DNA of 64,000 nucleotides from the human T2T-CHM13v2.0 reference genome, Homo sapiens: the NCBI RefSeq assembly GCF_009914755.1, contig NC_060925.1. One strand, 5' to 3'. Every line of letters starts with the position of its first letter. Positions within the stretch are counted from its first letter, which is position 1. Made by a program: the position numbers and the translations under genes. Below are positions 31,701-47,070 of the stretch, one piece after another. Under the pieces are notes generated by a model. The model was not told the origin of the DNA. It saw only the letters and a list, made by a program, of their open reading frames with translations, and did not search any database.

Positions 31701-33561
31701 TCACCTAAGCTCTACACCTTCTATATTTGAAACAGGTATTTCCCAGCCAGGATAGTACAAAGTGTATAAATTGGGCACCAAATGGATGTGATTTTGAATT
31801 CTCCTTTTATGACTTCCCACCTGAACAACCTTGAATAAGTCTCAGTTTCCACCTTTGCAGTATGGAAACAGTGGGAACTACTCCCTAAGGCTGTTAACCA
31901 ATACCAGTTCCTTCTCCATCTAGTCCCAGGGTGGCTGGGTTATATTGTTGACCTATTAACTGGAATAAAAGGGGAAAAAGGAGAGGACAAGATATATTAG
32001 AGAAAATCAGGAATGATTTTATGGTTGTCAAAAGCTTTTAGGTTCCTAGAGACACTTTGACTTTCCTGGGCCTTTGCCCTGGGAAAAAAATTAAAGAGGT
32101 TTCAATGCTCGTGTGCATTCCCACATTACATAGGGGAGCTGCCAGTCACCAGAGTTTGTTTGGGTAACCTCAGAAAGAGGCCACAGAGACAAATCTCCTC
32201 CCAGCCTCTGGCAGACATATAATCTGGAGTTATTTATGCCAGCATTCCTTCCCCAATAAAAAACTCTCTGACCTGGCTTGAATTTTTCTTGACGCTTTCA
32301 ATTAAGGAAATAACAAAACCAACCCTGTCCTATACATGGTTAGGTCTGGCAAAAATGGACTCAGCTAATTACAAATTTGGCCCTGGCGGTTTTCTTAAGA
32401 TGCCCTACAGGCCTGGGTGTGAGTGGTTATAAAAATGAATGAGTACAATTATTTTGCAAACCAGCCTAACAGTTTAGTTCACATTGCTTCTCGTCTTTCC
32501 TCATCAAATCAAGCATTTGAATTGCAGAGAATTATCTTCCACATGTAAGAAAACATATTTCTAAGCATTGCAAAACTGGTTCCTTGCTGTATTCTGATGC
32601 ATTATCATCTGGTTGAAGTCACATATCTGTCTATGGAACATGACAAGGACAAGGGAGAACGGTGCTCACATTAGGTTCTCTTCAAAGTGACATGCAGTTA
32701 GAAAACATCCACTTACCCCTATTGTAGCCAAGGCTACTAGTACTTAAATGCTATACCACTGAAAAAGTAAGTGGAGACATCAATTTTTTTAAATAAATGA
32801 ATCTGAAGTACCACCGAATATAGAAAAAAACCATATCTATTGTTCACCAGGTTGGAGAGTAGCTCTTTCCTCATCTAACTCAACACGTTCACCCTGAAGG
32901 ATTTCATCTGCTCCTGGGATGCAAGTCACCCTCTCCAGTCCAGATTTCCCTCTTGATATTTGAATTTGCATGCTCACTTTTCACCAGTCTCTCCTCTTTC
33001 ATGGTTTAGAAATGCAAACCACCAAATTTGGTCAACTCTACTAGGTGTCTTTCAGATTTAGCCTCCTCTCCTCACTGATATGCCGCTTGTTCAGGCCACC
33101 ATTATCTCCAGCCTCCATGACTAAAACACCTGCCCTGTTCCTGTCTAATTTTCACACTTCCTGCTACAGAAATGATTTCTAAAACACTTTCAATGCCTTT
33201 ATATTGTCTTCAGTGTGATATTAAGACTCCTTAAATGGCATAATTGGCTAAGGTGTTATGTAGCAGCCTAGGTTCTAGTTCTATGAACGTTCACTACCCC
33301 TTCTACCTAGGTTGGCCACTTCAAATACAGCCCCTCTCCTCTCCAGCCTTGGAAGATGAGTAAGAGCTCAGCTTTGGAGACAGACAGGCTGGGACCACAG
33401 CCCACCTTAGCTACTTGGTGCCTATGCAATGTTGGGAGTCACTAAATGTCTCTATCTGTAAGATGAGGATAATGGTAATGGTAATGCCTTTCTCCTATCA
33501 CTGTGAGGAGTAAATGAGATAATGGGTGCCAAGCACTCAGCACAGGCCTGGCATATAGTAA

Positions 33562-34002
<441 letters not shown>

Positions 34003-34614
34003 TAAATTACAAAAGGCTTCTTTATCTGGGCTGCAGACAGTGCTTGGCATCCCCGCTCGTGCCAGACTCCTACTCATCTTCTGGAATTCCCCCCAGATTT
34101 ACTCTTGCCTTCTTTTACTCACCCAAACTCAATATGGCACCCCCCCCTTGCTCCCACAGTACCTTGTTCACCCAGCAATATGACACTTATGACACTTATT
34201 CTCCATGGTGCTTCTCCTGACTACTTATCCCCATCTCTCTCCCTACCCATCTCCTATTTAGGCTGGGTTCCTAAAAGCCAGGGACTGACTCAGTCTTGTT
34301 CACAGTTATATCACTCATGTCTTTGCACAATAGATATTCATTGAATATTTACCAAATTAATGATTATCATCCTTCTTTCTCCAAATAACTCTTACAAACC
34401 TAAATTTCCTGTCACTCTACCATCAAACAAGTGGTTTGCTCTATATTTTGGTGACATTCATACTTTCTTTCTCCATCACCTGCCTTTTTACTTCTACTCC
34501 CCCCAAACCCCTGCACACACACCCCTGAAATCCCTGTGCTAGATGGACCATCCAACTCTATTTTTGTTTCCACCAAATATTTTTGAGCACCTACTGGTGT
34601 CCTCGCACAAGATT

Positions 34615-35752
34615 GGATGTAAAGCCTAAAACCATAAAAACCCTAGAAGACAACCTAGGCAATACCATTCAGGACATAGGCATGGGCAAAGACTTCATGA
34701 CTAAAACACCAAAAGCAATGGCAACAAAAGCCAAAATTGACAAATGGGATCTAATTAAACTAAACAGCTTCTGCACAGCAAAAGAAACTATCATCAGAGT
34801 AAATAGGCAACTACAGAATGGGAGAAAATTTTTGCAGTCTATCCATCTGGCAAAGGGCTAATATCCAGAATCTACAAGGAATTTAAATTTACAAGAAAAA
34901 AAAACAAAAAACCCCATCAAAAAGTGGGTGAAGGATATGAACAGCCACTTCGCAAAAGAAGATTCTAATGCAGCCAACAAACGTGAAAAAAAGCTCATCA
35001 TCACTGGTCATCAGAGAAATGCAAATCAAAACCACAATGAGATACCATCTCATGCCAGTTAGAATGGCGATCATTGAAAAGTCAGGAGACAACAGATGCT
35101 GGAGAGGATGTGGAGAAATAGGAACACTTTTACACTGTTGGTAAGAGTGTAAATTAGTTCAACCATTGTGGAAGACAGTGTGGCGATTCCTCAAGGATCT
35201 AGAACCAGAAATACCATTTGAACTAGTAATCCCATTACTGGGTATATACCCAAAGGATTATAAATCATTCTACTATAAAGACACATGCACACGTATGTTT
35301 ATTGTGGCACTATTCACAATAGCAAAGACTTGGAACCAACTCAAATGCCCAGCAATGATAGACTGGATAAAGAAAATGTGCCACATATACACCATGGAAT
35401 ACTATGCAGCCATAACAAAGGATGAGTTCATGTCCTTTGTAGGGACATGGATGAAGCTGGAAACCATCATTCTCAGCAAACTAACACAGGAACAGAAAAC
35501 CAAACACCACATGTTCTCACTCATAAGTGGGAGTTGAACAATGAGAACACATGGACACAGGGAGGGGAACATCACACCTGGGCCTGTTGAGGGGTGGGGG
35601 GATGGGGGAGGGATAGTATTAGGAGAAATACCTAATGTAGATGACGGGTTGATGGGTACAGCAAACCACCATGGCACATGTATACCTATGTAACAAACCT
35701 GCACATTCTGCACATGTATCCCAGAACTTAAAGTATAATTAAAAAAAAAAAA
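34615..35752 (+). mobile_element. 5'-truncated L1PA element (ORF2 3' end, 3'UTR, poly-A)
   Basis: L1 ORF2 C-terminal peptides in ORFs 34583..34861 and 35166..35537 (KDTCTRMFIVALFTIAKTWNQ...), G-rich 3'UTR, and cttaaagtataatt followed by an A tail. Confidence 0.95.
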
Positions 35753-38700
35753 TACTCAGAGAAGTTCCAAATCCTATATATAAATAAATACAAATCTTAT
35801 ATAGAAATAGGATTTGGAACTATATACATGTATATAAACATAAAAATGTATGTTTATATATGTCTATAAAGAGTGAAACAATTAAACTTCTTCTATAAAA
35901 AAAAGAGTAGGGATAAAAAGGCATATAAGGCAAAGTCATTGCCCTCAAATTGTTTACAGTAAAGTGGTGAAGGCAGGTATATAAATAAGTATAATTCCAT
36001 GTAGTTTGTACTGCATTAGAAGTATATATGAAGTATACAGTCAGCACAAAAAGATCAAGAGTTCTGAGTAGAAGGTCAAGAATTGTAGCACAGAAGACAC
36101 AATCTTCTGGCTCACCCTACTGAGAAGAGGTGATATTTACCAATGAATTGCAGAATAGGAGTTCACTAGGCAGCGAGATAGGAAAAGGCATTACAGTCAG
36201 AGGAAGCCCCATGTATAAAAAGTCACATAAGCACAAAATAGCAGGGAAAGCAACTAATTCAATATGGCAGGGAATGTGAGAGGGACTGGAGGGAACAGGG
36301 AAGGCTAGAGAACAGGAAGGGTCTAATGACAAAGGGAAGAAGCTTGCCCTGAGTGCTGCAGCATTTTGCTTAGAGGATGTTAAAGCAAAGGAGGAGATTC
36401 TGGCAGCTGTGCGGAAGACGGACTGGGATGGGGGGCCAGGTAGACAAAGAGACATCCTAAGGAAACTGAGGCCCACTGCTAACACAGTTCTCAGTGTGCT
36501 TAAGACGATTTAACCTTGTGGAAAATACTGCCAGGAGGATATTTTCTAAGGAATTTGTTTACCAAAGAATCTGAACCCAATGATGAACCAATCTTTCGCT
36601 AACAAAGCTAGAGAACTCAGAACCATCTAAGTTAGCAAGTGTTAAAACACTGGAAAGCAAATGTGGCAACAGCACTTTCCTATTTGACCATAATCAACAT
36701 CAATGTGGAAAGAAAACAAACCTGACAGCAAGTGAGGAAAACACACAGTGGGTTTCTTTGCTTTCTCTCCAGGACACTGTCAGTACACAGAGCATTTAGA
36801 ATAGCTGATTTGATCGTTGTGAAAATCTACCTGCGTGCCCCTCTCTCTCTCTCTCTCTCTCTGAATGCAATTAGAGAAGACAGCTTCATTCACACTGTGT
36901 CTAAAAATAGATGATGGCAGAGTTCACAGACTGACAGCTGCATTGTCATACAGTAACCAGGAAAGGAAAGGGATGGCTAATTTAACTTAACAACTTCCAA
37001 AACAAACAGTGCAGAGGGAGTCCAGGATAAAGAAAAAACACACAGGTCAGTTCTTCAAAGAGCTGGCAGAGGGATGGGGTCGCTCCATGGCAGTTTATTA
37101 GTCCTCCCAAAATCCTGACGAAACCAGCTAAGTATTTTGCCCAGATCTACCCAGAGTCCTTCAGACAAGAGCTCTGGCAGATGAACCGCTACAGAGATTC
37201 AGGCAATATTAGGCAGCAGGGCCAGGACTTTCCCTGCTGACTTCTTCATACATCCCCTGGACACAAGTAAGCTAAGAAGAGTCATGACGTTTTTCTAGGC
37301 AAGATAAATAAATGAGTTTTTTCCCCCTTTGCCATATCTAAATTATACTCTGCCTAGCCTGGGGCATTTAAAAAAAAGTTATCCAGGAAATAAACATGCA
37401 TCATTAAGGGGCAGAAACCAGGTGTCTAAAAGAAGCAAACCATTTCTTTCCCTCCCTTCAGTCCTAAAATGTTTTCTGTTTTCCTCCTCAGTCTGCCTTG
37501 CCCAGGGAAGGGATTACGGTTGGGCTTCAAAAGAAACAAGGGAATAATGCCTGTGGACGGGTAGCAGATTCTCTCTGCAGCTCTCCCGCAGCTCCATGTT
37601 GGCTCTCAGCGCTGCTGCCAGCCAGCTAAATGTCAGATCACGGCACCCCAACATTCCCTCACTGCATACCTCCATCGCCCTGGTGACTAAGCTGTTTCAA
37701 CAGCTGTGTTATTGCTGGAGTCAGGCCAGTGTTATTCACACGAAGTATTTGTTTCATACGGCTTATGTGGGGAATTATTGCACTCAGCTTTGGGGTTCTA
37801 TTTAAAGATAAGGTCCTTCCCTTGATCAATCAGCCAGGACATTCCTCGAGTTGGGCTCCAGGAGACAGTGGGACAATATTCTACTGCCACCCGGGGTTCC
37901 AGATAATGGACAGATTCATAATACTATAAAGAAGGTGGATGAAGCATATGTGTGTGTGAGAGAATGGGAAGCATAATGGAAAACCATGACCCTTGGTGGA
38001 GCTGCGGAAGAACTCTGCTGCTCCTCCCTCAGTAAAAGCCACCCACAACACAAGAGTGTTAAGCTGGACTCCCTTTCTGCTCTTCTTCTCCAGCCATCAC
38101 CCTCAGCCTTTCCCTTAAAATCATTGCTCTTTCCTTTCGGGTCACGCTAGCACTGTTGCGTTGGTCTCTACATGCATCACTCCACACACCTGCCCCGAAT
38201 GCCATCTCCTCCCTCAGCCCTTGGCTTCTCCTATCTCATCAAATGGTTTATGACCATTGATGTTCCTATCATGTAGGAAGCAAGTTGGGCCTGTTGGCCT
38301 GGTGACCTCCTCCACTACTCCACATCCTCTTCTGAGTGTGAGTAAGATAAGGGCTGTGTTACTAACTGCTGAGTTAATCAACCCAAACTCCCTTATATGG
38401 AGGGACAACTGGGAAAAGGAAAAGGCATTACATCCATGAGCTTTATGTCCTGTAGGTGGGACTAATTTCTATTTCTAGCTCATTCTAGGCTGAATCTCCA
38501 TCAAAGAGGCCTACTGGCCTGTTCTCCCTCCAAAGTTGTTCTCACCAAGAGCAATCGGGCACCATTTTCTGATGCTGAAAAGATCTCAGAAATATGTTTT
38601 CTTATAAATGAAGTATTTTTAAAAGAAATAAAACAATGATTCCTAAGAGCTCACATTTTTTACTGCCTACTATGTGTAGACATTTTCACCCATGCAGATG

Positions 38701-40957
38701 CCAGCCAGATGGAAACCATCACAGGCAATTTCAAAGTGAGGAAACTGAGGCCCATGGCCATGCTACCAATGTGAGAGGGAGGCAAAATGAGAACCCAGGT
38801 TTGCCTGACTCAGCAGCTCAAGTACTTTCCCCTTATGTCTCTCAGTCATGGGGTAGGAAAGTTAGGACACCCGCTTCTTGCTCTAAAAAGGCCACTATTT
38901 AGCCAAACAATTTGAGTAAGTCACTTTACATAATGTATTATTTCATGAAATACTACAGTTGGATCATAGGCTTACTAAGATCCTTTCTAGTTCTAATATT
39001 TCATGAATGTAGAAATCTAAAACACCTCCAGCTGTTGACTGCCTTCTATACTTAAGGCACTGAGGCCAAAACAAAGAGCTATAAAACCATGCCTGTCCTC
39101 AGGGCACTTATAATGGAGTTTGAGTGACAAAGGATAACAAGTTGAGTTTGACTAATGGAAGAGTTAAACAATTAACAAATACAAAAATACCAGAGAACCA
39201 GACTACAGGGCAGTGCTTGAGAAATAACACCGCATACCAGCATGACTATACAAGGAGAAAAGTAGATTTCAACAATGGTAACACCCCTAACCCGGAAAAT
39301 ACATTTGTGCTGCCAGCAGAAAGAAAAGAAGAGACAGAAAACGCTTGCAGGAAAAGCCAGCTACTAGAAGGGATCCCGTCTGTTTCACAGGAAAGCTTTG
39401 TTTCTGACAAGTTTCGTAAAGGAAAAAGTAGGCTAGAACAAGCTTTTTTATTTCCAACCCACCTTTTCTTCGTTCCCATGAATGAGGAGGGGATACAAAT
39501 GAGAGCAGGCAGCCAGGGACAAAAATAATATGGCTGGTGGTTCCTGACCTCTTGGATTCCTGCCAACAGAGAAGCCTGAGAGGCAACATTTAATTGTGGA
39601 AAAACCAGCCTGGCTCTCCTCTTATCTTTTTCCTCTGTGACTTAAACCCACAATTACTGGCAACCCCTAGATTCCGAGTCACCCAGCTGGTGGTGGCAGC
39701 AATGGCTGTGTCTGTAGCTGAAAAGCAAAAGGGAGTCAGATTTTACCTGCCTCCGAAGCCAGCCCTGGGAGCACAGCCCTAACCCAGCTTGACGACTTCT
39801 CCCATTAAAAGGTTCACAGATGCCCTCCCGTTGGGAAAACCACCAAGTGAGAAGTCCAGATGGGAAAAAAAGAAACACGATTTTCAGCTGCTGTATAATT
39901 CAAAGGACAAGCTACGAGTCTCAAATCCTGAATTCCACATTTTATTTCAGCACTAGAGATGTGATGTTCAATTCCTTTTCTTAAGAAACAAACTCCAAAT
40001 TTCTTAGCTGGTCATCAAGGCAACTCACCTACCAGGCCCTCTGTCTTTCAGCAGCTCATCTTTTTTCTCTAATATGGACACTTTTCTACAGCCCAACAAA
40101 TGGGCTTACCGTCCTTTGCACATATGTTATTTCAGAGCATTTCATGATAGAAAAATATGGTCTTAGTCCTCACTTTCTCACCTAGAAATCACTTTGAAGA
40201 AGTCACTTAACTTCCATAATTTCATACTTGTTTAAATTTAAAACTTTTTCTCCAGTAACAGCCTCACAGAGGACAGTAGAGATTTAACCTTGAACATCTA
40301 GCATTGAGCCTGCAGAGGAGATGCATAATCAACGTTTCCTTCTCTATACCTAATGCCTTTGCTGAGTTACCTTCATCCAAAAGAATGTTCCCATTGCTAA
40401 CTCTTGTCCTGATCTTTTCTTACCACTCTTCCACTCCAAGAGGTTGTCTCCCATACACCTCTGCTCCCATCTTAATATTCTTCCATTTCAAAATATTTTA
40501 ATTTACATGCTGCTATGTTTATAGTCAAATATAATTAAATCATGCCTGTGGGCACATTCTCCTAAGGATGCTAAGAATTTTCCACATCTTCTATTTTAGG
40601 ACTTTATCCAATTGCTTCAGTGCTGATCAGCATGCATTTTGGTACTCATGGGGCATACCCTCATCGGGATTCATAAACCTCTGAATTCCATGGGTGAGCT
40701 TCAGGGCTTCCATTGAAATATGAATACTAAATGTGCAAATGGGGTCTATGCATATTTGTCTCCCAAGGTTAAAGTCCTTGACCTGAAGTTAATAACCACT
40801 GTCCGGAAGTAATGAAAGGCCTGTGGCTAACATCCATGGACGGGGTCCTTTTTCTGAACACTCAGCCCTGCCACCTATGTTTCTGGGCTTCTATGCTCTC
40901 TCTGGAACACAATTCCTCCTTTCTATTCAAGTCCGAGAATAATAACTACTCACTCTT

Positions 40958-41238
<281 letters not shown>

Positions 41239-41847
41239 TGAGCATTTACTATATGTATCCAGCACTTACTATGTAAAAGCCTCACATACACTATTCTAGT
41301 TTAATCCTTACAACAACCCTATAAAGGTAGTACTACTATTCTATTTTATAAGTGAGGAAAATGAAGTACAAGGAAGTTTCAAAAACTTCCTTGCCAAGGG
41401 TCGCATAATTTATAAGCAGCAGGCCAAACATTCATAATTTATGATTCAGCCCAAACACTCTGGCTTGAAAGTACTTAACCCAGTGCTGGAGTTGTCTCTC
41501 CAAGCTCTTTCACTTTCCAGAAAAAAATAAGACTGCCCTTGGACTGTTTCTTTGCCTTCACATTGTAAGTGATCACAGATTCCAACGCCTTTAAAACTCC
41601 ACCTTTGACTCAATCAAAACATTTCCTTTTCCGTGAGTTAATCATTTCCCCTTCTATGTTTATGGACTCCTTTGGGTACTTAATGCACTGAACACACTGG
41701 TGTAATTTTTTAATTCTCTCTCCATGAATTAGACTGTGAGCTCCTAATTATTTTGAGTACACATGGAATATTTACTGTGCCTGGAATTGTGCTAAGGATA
41801 TAACAATGAACAACACAGTGTCCCTGCCTTTAAATAATTCACTCTTA

Positions 41848-42165
41848 GGCCAGGAGTGGTGGCTTACGCCTGTAATCCCAGCACTTTGGGACTTTGGGAA
41901 GCCGAGGTGGGCAGATCACAAGGTCAGGAGTTTGAGACCAGCCTGACTAACATTGTGAAACCCCGTCTATACTAAAAATACAAAATTAGCTGGGCATGGT
42001 GGCACACGCCTGTAATCCCAGCTACTCAGGAGGCTGAGACGGGAGAATCACTTGAACCCGGGAGGGGGAGGTTGCGGTGAGCCAAGATCACGCCACTGCA
42101 CTCCAGCCTAAGCAACAGATCGAGACTACATTTCAAAAAAAAAAAAAAGAAAAGAAAAGAGAAAA
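41848..42165 (+). mobile_element. Alu (AluS-like)
   Basis: Full-length, with an actttggg micro-duplication and an A/GAAAA tail. Confidence 0.95.
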
Positions 42166-43837
42166 CTAAACAAAAGAGGGTTATGATGGTTTCTGAAATT
42201 GTATTATGAAGAATAAGGACTTATCTTTATTTCTTAAATCCTGAGCAAAATGCTAGCATGTAGTACAAGTCCCAATAATGCCTATCGAATGAATGAATGA
42301 AATTGGGAAAGGGTTTTCAGATACTGAACTGCTAAACTGAAAGATCTACCATCCCATCATGAAACTCTTTGAGGTTATTTATACACTGACTCACCTAAAA
42401 ACTGCTTCCTGTGTTGGTGTCTATGATACATTTTTTAATGTCAGACTAAAAATACACTTCCAGTACACCAACCCTGTCTGCCTACCTAAGGAGTAGAAAT
42501 GAACACAAGGTCGCATGTAACAAAAGAAAAGAAAATTCACTCATTTCAACACTAAGCTCACCCTCTAACAAGAGCATCTGTCTTGACTGAGCACTATCTT
42601 CTAGAATGGTTTTCACTTGAGGGTCTCTGAAGTCATCTATTTACAAAACCAAAGGATACCAATGAGATTTTTTATAAAGTCAGAGAATCTTAAGTGAGTC
42701 ATGGACTCTCAACTTCAGAGAGTTAGAGTAGATGGGACCTTAGGGGTCGTCTAGTATAATTTCCCACTCAGAACAGGAAGCACTCCATAGCCCTGTCAAT
42801 AGACTCATGGTGGGATCAAGGCACTGGAGTCCTAACATCATGTACACTCATAGCCTCTCGACTTCCCAGCTGGGAGACTGGCAAATCATGTAAACTCTGT
42901 CATCCTCAGTGTCCTCACTCTGCCAGATATAATTGTTCCGATGATCAGATGAAATAAACGTTGTCTTAATTAGCGAACATTTGTTTGCAAGTAACAGGAC
43001 TTCACCCCCACTAACTTAACCAGAAATCAGCTGGAGGGATACAGGAGTGCTTTAGGAAAATCAAGGGCAGAAAATGCTGAGAAGCTGGAGGGTCTGAAAC
43101 CAGGAATAGAAAGCTGTCAGGAGGAAAGTCAACTCTTATAGTCTATTGTAATTACACTAATAGTCTTCATCTCCATTTCCTCTTTGCATCTGGTCTTCCC
43201 ACTCTGCCAGTCAACAATCACGGCTTCTCTGTGCACGTGTAGAATGATGACTGCCCAGGTGGCTCTCATGGCTTTTCAGTTTAAGTGCTAATAAAGGTAG
43301 ATCTCGAATTACTGAAACACAATTTCTTATAAGAGAGAATTTGATTGCTTCCCCTTTGGCCAAGGGACCACTGCTAGTCTGATCAGTTATGGCTTGGGGA
43401 CTGATCATATGGCCAGTTGCCCATTCAGTAGAGGTGGTGGAACATGCTGAGGGAGGGGAAGTTAAGGCCAAGTTCAGGCCAAGCAAATGACTGACAACAA
43501 AGACAAGCAACAGCATCTCTAGTGCGATGGTACTTTGCAAAGAAAGCACTGCCCCATGCCAGCTATCACTGTGGCCATCCTTATGATCCTCACCAACCAT
43601 CTTCTGCTTGACCACTACCAGTAACAGGCTGCTCACTACTGGTAGAGGCAACCTTTTCATCGGCAAACAACTTCAGCTATTAGAACTCTTTTCCATGTGA
43701 CAGCAACTTAAGATACTAAACTGAAATATTTGTAATCTTCTCCCAAGCCTTAACTTTAATGAAGGCATAATCTTGCTTGTTAGGTCAAGCCTGGGCTTTT
43801 CTTTCTAGTCAAAATATGAATAATGGGCAAAGCAAGA

Positions 43838-44246
43838 TGTTGAGGAAAAGCTGAGTGTTGGGAGGGAAACTGAGGCAGGGCTTGCATAATGTCTTTGGGA
43901 ATGTGTCTAGACTTGCTGGTTCCTTACTTCTAGCCCTCATAGGCTCCTAGGCTCCTATTCCCATTATCTCAAGTAGCAGAACATGTTCCATATAAATGCT
44001 AAACCATCACAGCTGTAGATCATGTGCCTGCTCTTTTGACCTCCACATTTTCACCACCTGTTTCTTTGTTGGATTACCAATAAATAGCATGGGCTCCCAG
44101 AGCTCAGGGCCTTCACAGCCTCTGTACACTAGTGATGGCCCCCTGGTGTCCCAACTTTCTCTCTCAAACTGTCTTTTTCTCAATCCTTTGACTCTGCTGG
44201 ACTTTGTCACCCCCACAACCTGGTGTTGGGTCTGATCACCCCAACA
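43838..44246 (+). mobile_element. Solo ERV LTR (409 bp), probably ERVK class, LTR3/HML-6-like
   Basis: TGTTG...CAACA termini, CAAGA TSD at 43833-43837 and 44247-44251, TATAAA at 43991-43996, AATAAA at 44079-44084. The family name is recalled, not searched. Confidence 0.8.
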
Positions 44247-46336
44247 CAAGAGAGATAGATTCACTATGCAATTATTTTAGCAAACAACCTGGACCAGAAC
44301 AAAGCCAGAACCTCTTCTTCCTATAAAGAATTACTACTATCTCTCTACTAACACCATTACTAATGACTCACTAAAGCAAAAGAGGATCTGGAACTGTTTC
44401 TAGCATCAGTGTGTAGACAATAGGTAGGGTTGGGGAAAATGGTTTTTTCCAATGTAGAGTCCCTAGCACTTTTGCAAGCAGAATTCTGCCTTGCTCTCAT
44501 TTAACTTCCTTTTGCTTAGAAAAATATAATCCAGAAAATAATCTTAACTTCATTTTTTTAAGTTAACCAAGATAAAGTTGTGAATTCCCCATAAAAGAAC
44601 CTCATAATAGCTATGTTATGACCAGCTGGCATTTAAATACTGAAAGACCCAAAGTTAGAAGAGGAGGTGAAAACAAAAAAATACCTTCTATACATTGGGG
44701 GCACCATTAAGGGATGTGCTGCTTCTGGCTTCTCTGCTCTTCACATTAGTCAATGATGTCACCAGGTTTTTATTTTAGTAATCAGGATATACTTGTATGG
44801 ATGCAAAGAGAATATCCTCATTTATATTCTAAACTCAGAGCAGGAAATGAGACACGTGGGTGATCTGCAGCTGTGGCACTATAAACAGGGCCAGCCTACC
44901 ACCTAGTCTAGATTCTAGACTGCACTTCATTCCCTGAAATACTGATTGGGAGATTTTAAAAAATTGAAAATATATCATTTTAGAAAGACCAGTGCATCTT
45001 CTGTGCAAGGATCTTAGAGTCCGCTGTTTGGTAGAAGGCTGACTCACCTGTATGGGGTGGTGCACGTGTTGTTAGGTACCATCTACCTATCTACACCACT
45101 GATGTACAACGAGGAGATCCTGCCCTGGCTCCAGCCAGCTGTGCCACCGTGGGCGAGTACCACAGAGTTCAAGCTTTCTCCAGCTGCTAAATTAAAGGAT
45201 TAGTGCTTTAACTTGGGTCAACCACCCATTTGCAAACCTGACAAGAACCACAAACACTCTTACTTCAAAAATGCATATAAGCAAATACCACTGAAATTTT
45301 ATGTAGAGTATCAAGGGGTTCTCTTAGCCCTTACACTCCAGTCTAAACTGCTTGGTTGATGATTGTTAGACCAGCAGCCCTCTAGTATTCCTTTCAGCAC
45401 TCCAAGCTAAAATAAAACAGCTGATGTTTAGTAACAATTTCTGCAAATTATTCAACACCACAGAAGAGTGTTTTGTTAAGACTAGAGACTAATCTAACAC
45501 AATCTACTCAACAATGTTAAATTGACCAGTAACCAATAGATGACTAGAAGAAAGTGTATGTAACTAGATATACCAAACTATAGATACTAATTTTAAAATC
45601 TTGGAAAGGTTTTGGAGGAGCCCTACTGTTTCTGAATTGGAATTTTTCATTTGCAAATACTTAACAAAACCCACCAAGCCAGATAGAGCTCTATAGCGAT
45701 GCCTATGGAGGAGCCTTATAATGATGTTGTCCAAGTAATGTGCTTAACAATAATCACACTCAAAGCCAAAGGTTCCCATGCTCCTGCCAATATAACATGC
45801 TCACAACGGTCAATTCCAAAGGAAGAGCTGTCAAGAAGTGCCTGAAGATTTCCTCAAAGGGAGAGATAATTCATGAGCAAACAAACATCATGTCCCTAAT
45901 CTTCTCTATCCTGGGGTAAACAAAATATAGTTTTCTCCCATGATTTCAGTTGCTTTCTATACCAAGTCAGTAAGTAAAACTGATTCATACTGGTAACTTC
46001 CAGGTTCCAGCCTTGGTTTGAAGGGGCACACAATTCAATAAGAGTAAAGAAGACTGGCCATGTAAGCCCATCTTGAATACTGACAACTTCCGTACCATTT
46101 ACCTAACACTACAAACCCTACTCCATTTAAGTCTCTGAGATCTTTTTGATGTATTTTGAGCTTTTCAACTTGCCTTTTTTGGTGGGAGAGGAGGGAGGAG
46201 GAGAACAAAGGGAGAATTTGAAGTTTTTATTTCTGCTTGCATTGACTCAAATTGTGGTAAAGAAACTTAAAAGGTAACTTTAAAATTCTAGTGACACTAG
46301 CCAACAATGAAAACTATCTAATTAGAATGTTAGAGG

Positions 46337-46626
<290 letters not shown>

Positions 46627-46945
46627 TAGATAGTTTTAACACAGGCTATAACATAGTCATAAATTAAAGAAGACATGGTCGTAAATGAAAGAAGACCTCT
46701 TTTTGGTGGGAGTAGTAGTAGGGGTGGGAGAGTAGAGTTATACATTTCTTCTTAGCAGTTGCTTCAACATATTTTATTAATAAGGACTATCTGCTGAAGC
46801 ACAGAAATACAATTATGTGAATATCATACTACCAATGGCCTGTTCCATCATAGCAGGGATAGTTCTTATAGTGTATAAAATCCTCTGCCCCATTCAGCTC
46901 TCTTTATGGAGCTTTCCTCAGAAGCATCAGAAAACACAGAATTAA

Positions 46946-47038
46946 ATATCACAATTCTTGTTGAAGGCCAAAAATTAGTTCCCAGAAGGATTCTTTGACT
47001 TTCATCCTTCTACAAATTCACCCATCACCATTGTAGAT
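46946..47038 (-). ncRNA. MIR1262: MIR1262 precursor; mature AUGGGUGAAUUUGUAGAAGGAU at 47004-47025
   Basis: The reverse complement matches the recalled hsa-miR-1262 mature and precursor sequences; the gene is known to lie in a WLS intron. Confidence 0.85.
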
Positions 47039-47070
47039 AATGTGAGGGGTGAATTTGTAGAAGGATGAAA
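47000..47070. repeat. Perfect 24-bp inverted repeat with a 23-nt spacer
   Basis: tttcatccttctacaaattcaccc (47000-47023) and gggtgaatttgtagaaggatgaaa (47047-47070). Confidence 0.97.

Noticed and set aside
34583-35713. ORFs of 92-123 aa
   Set aside because: Broken L1 ORF2 and 3'UTR sequence.
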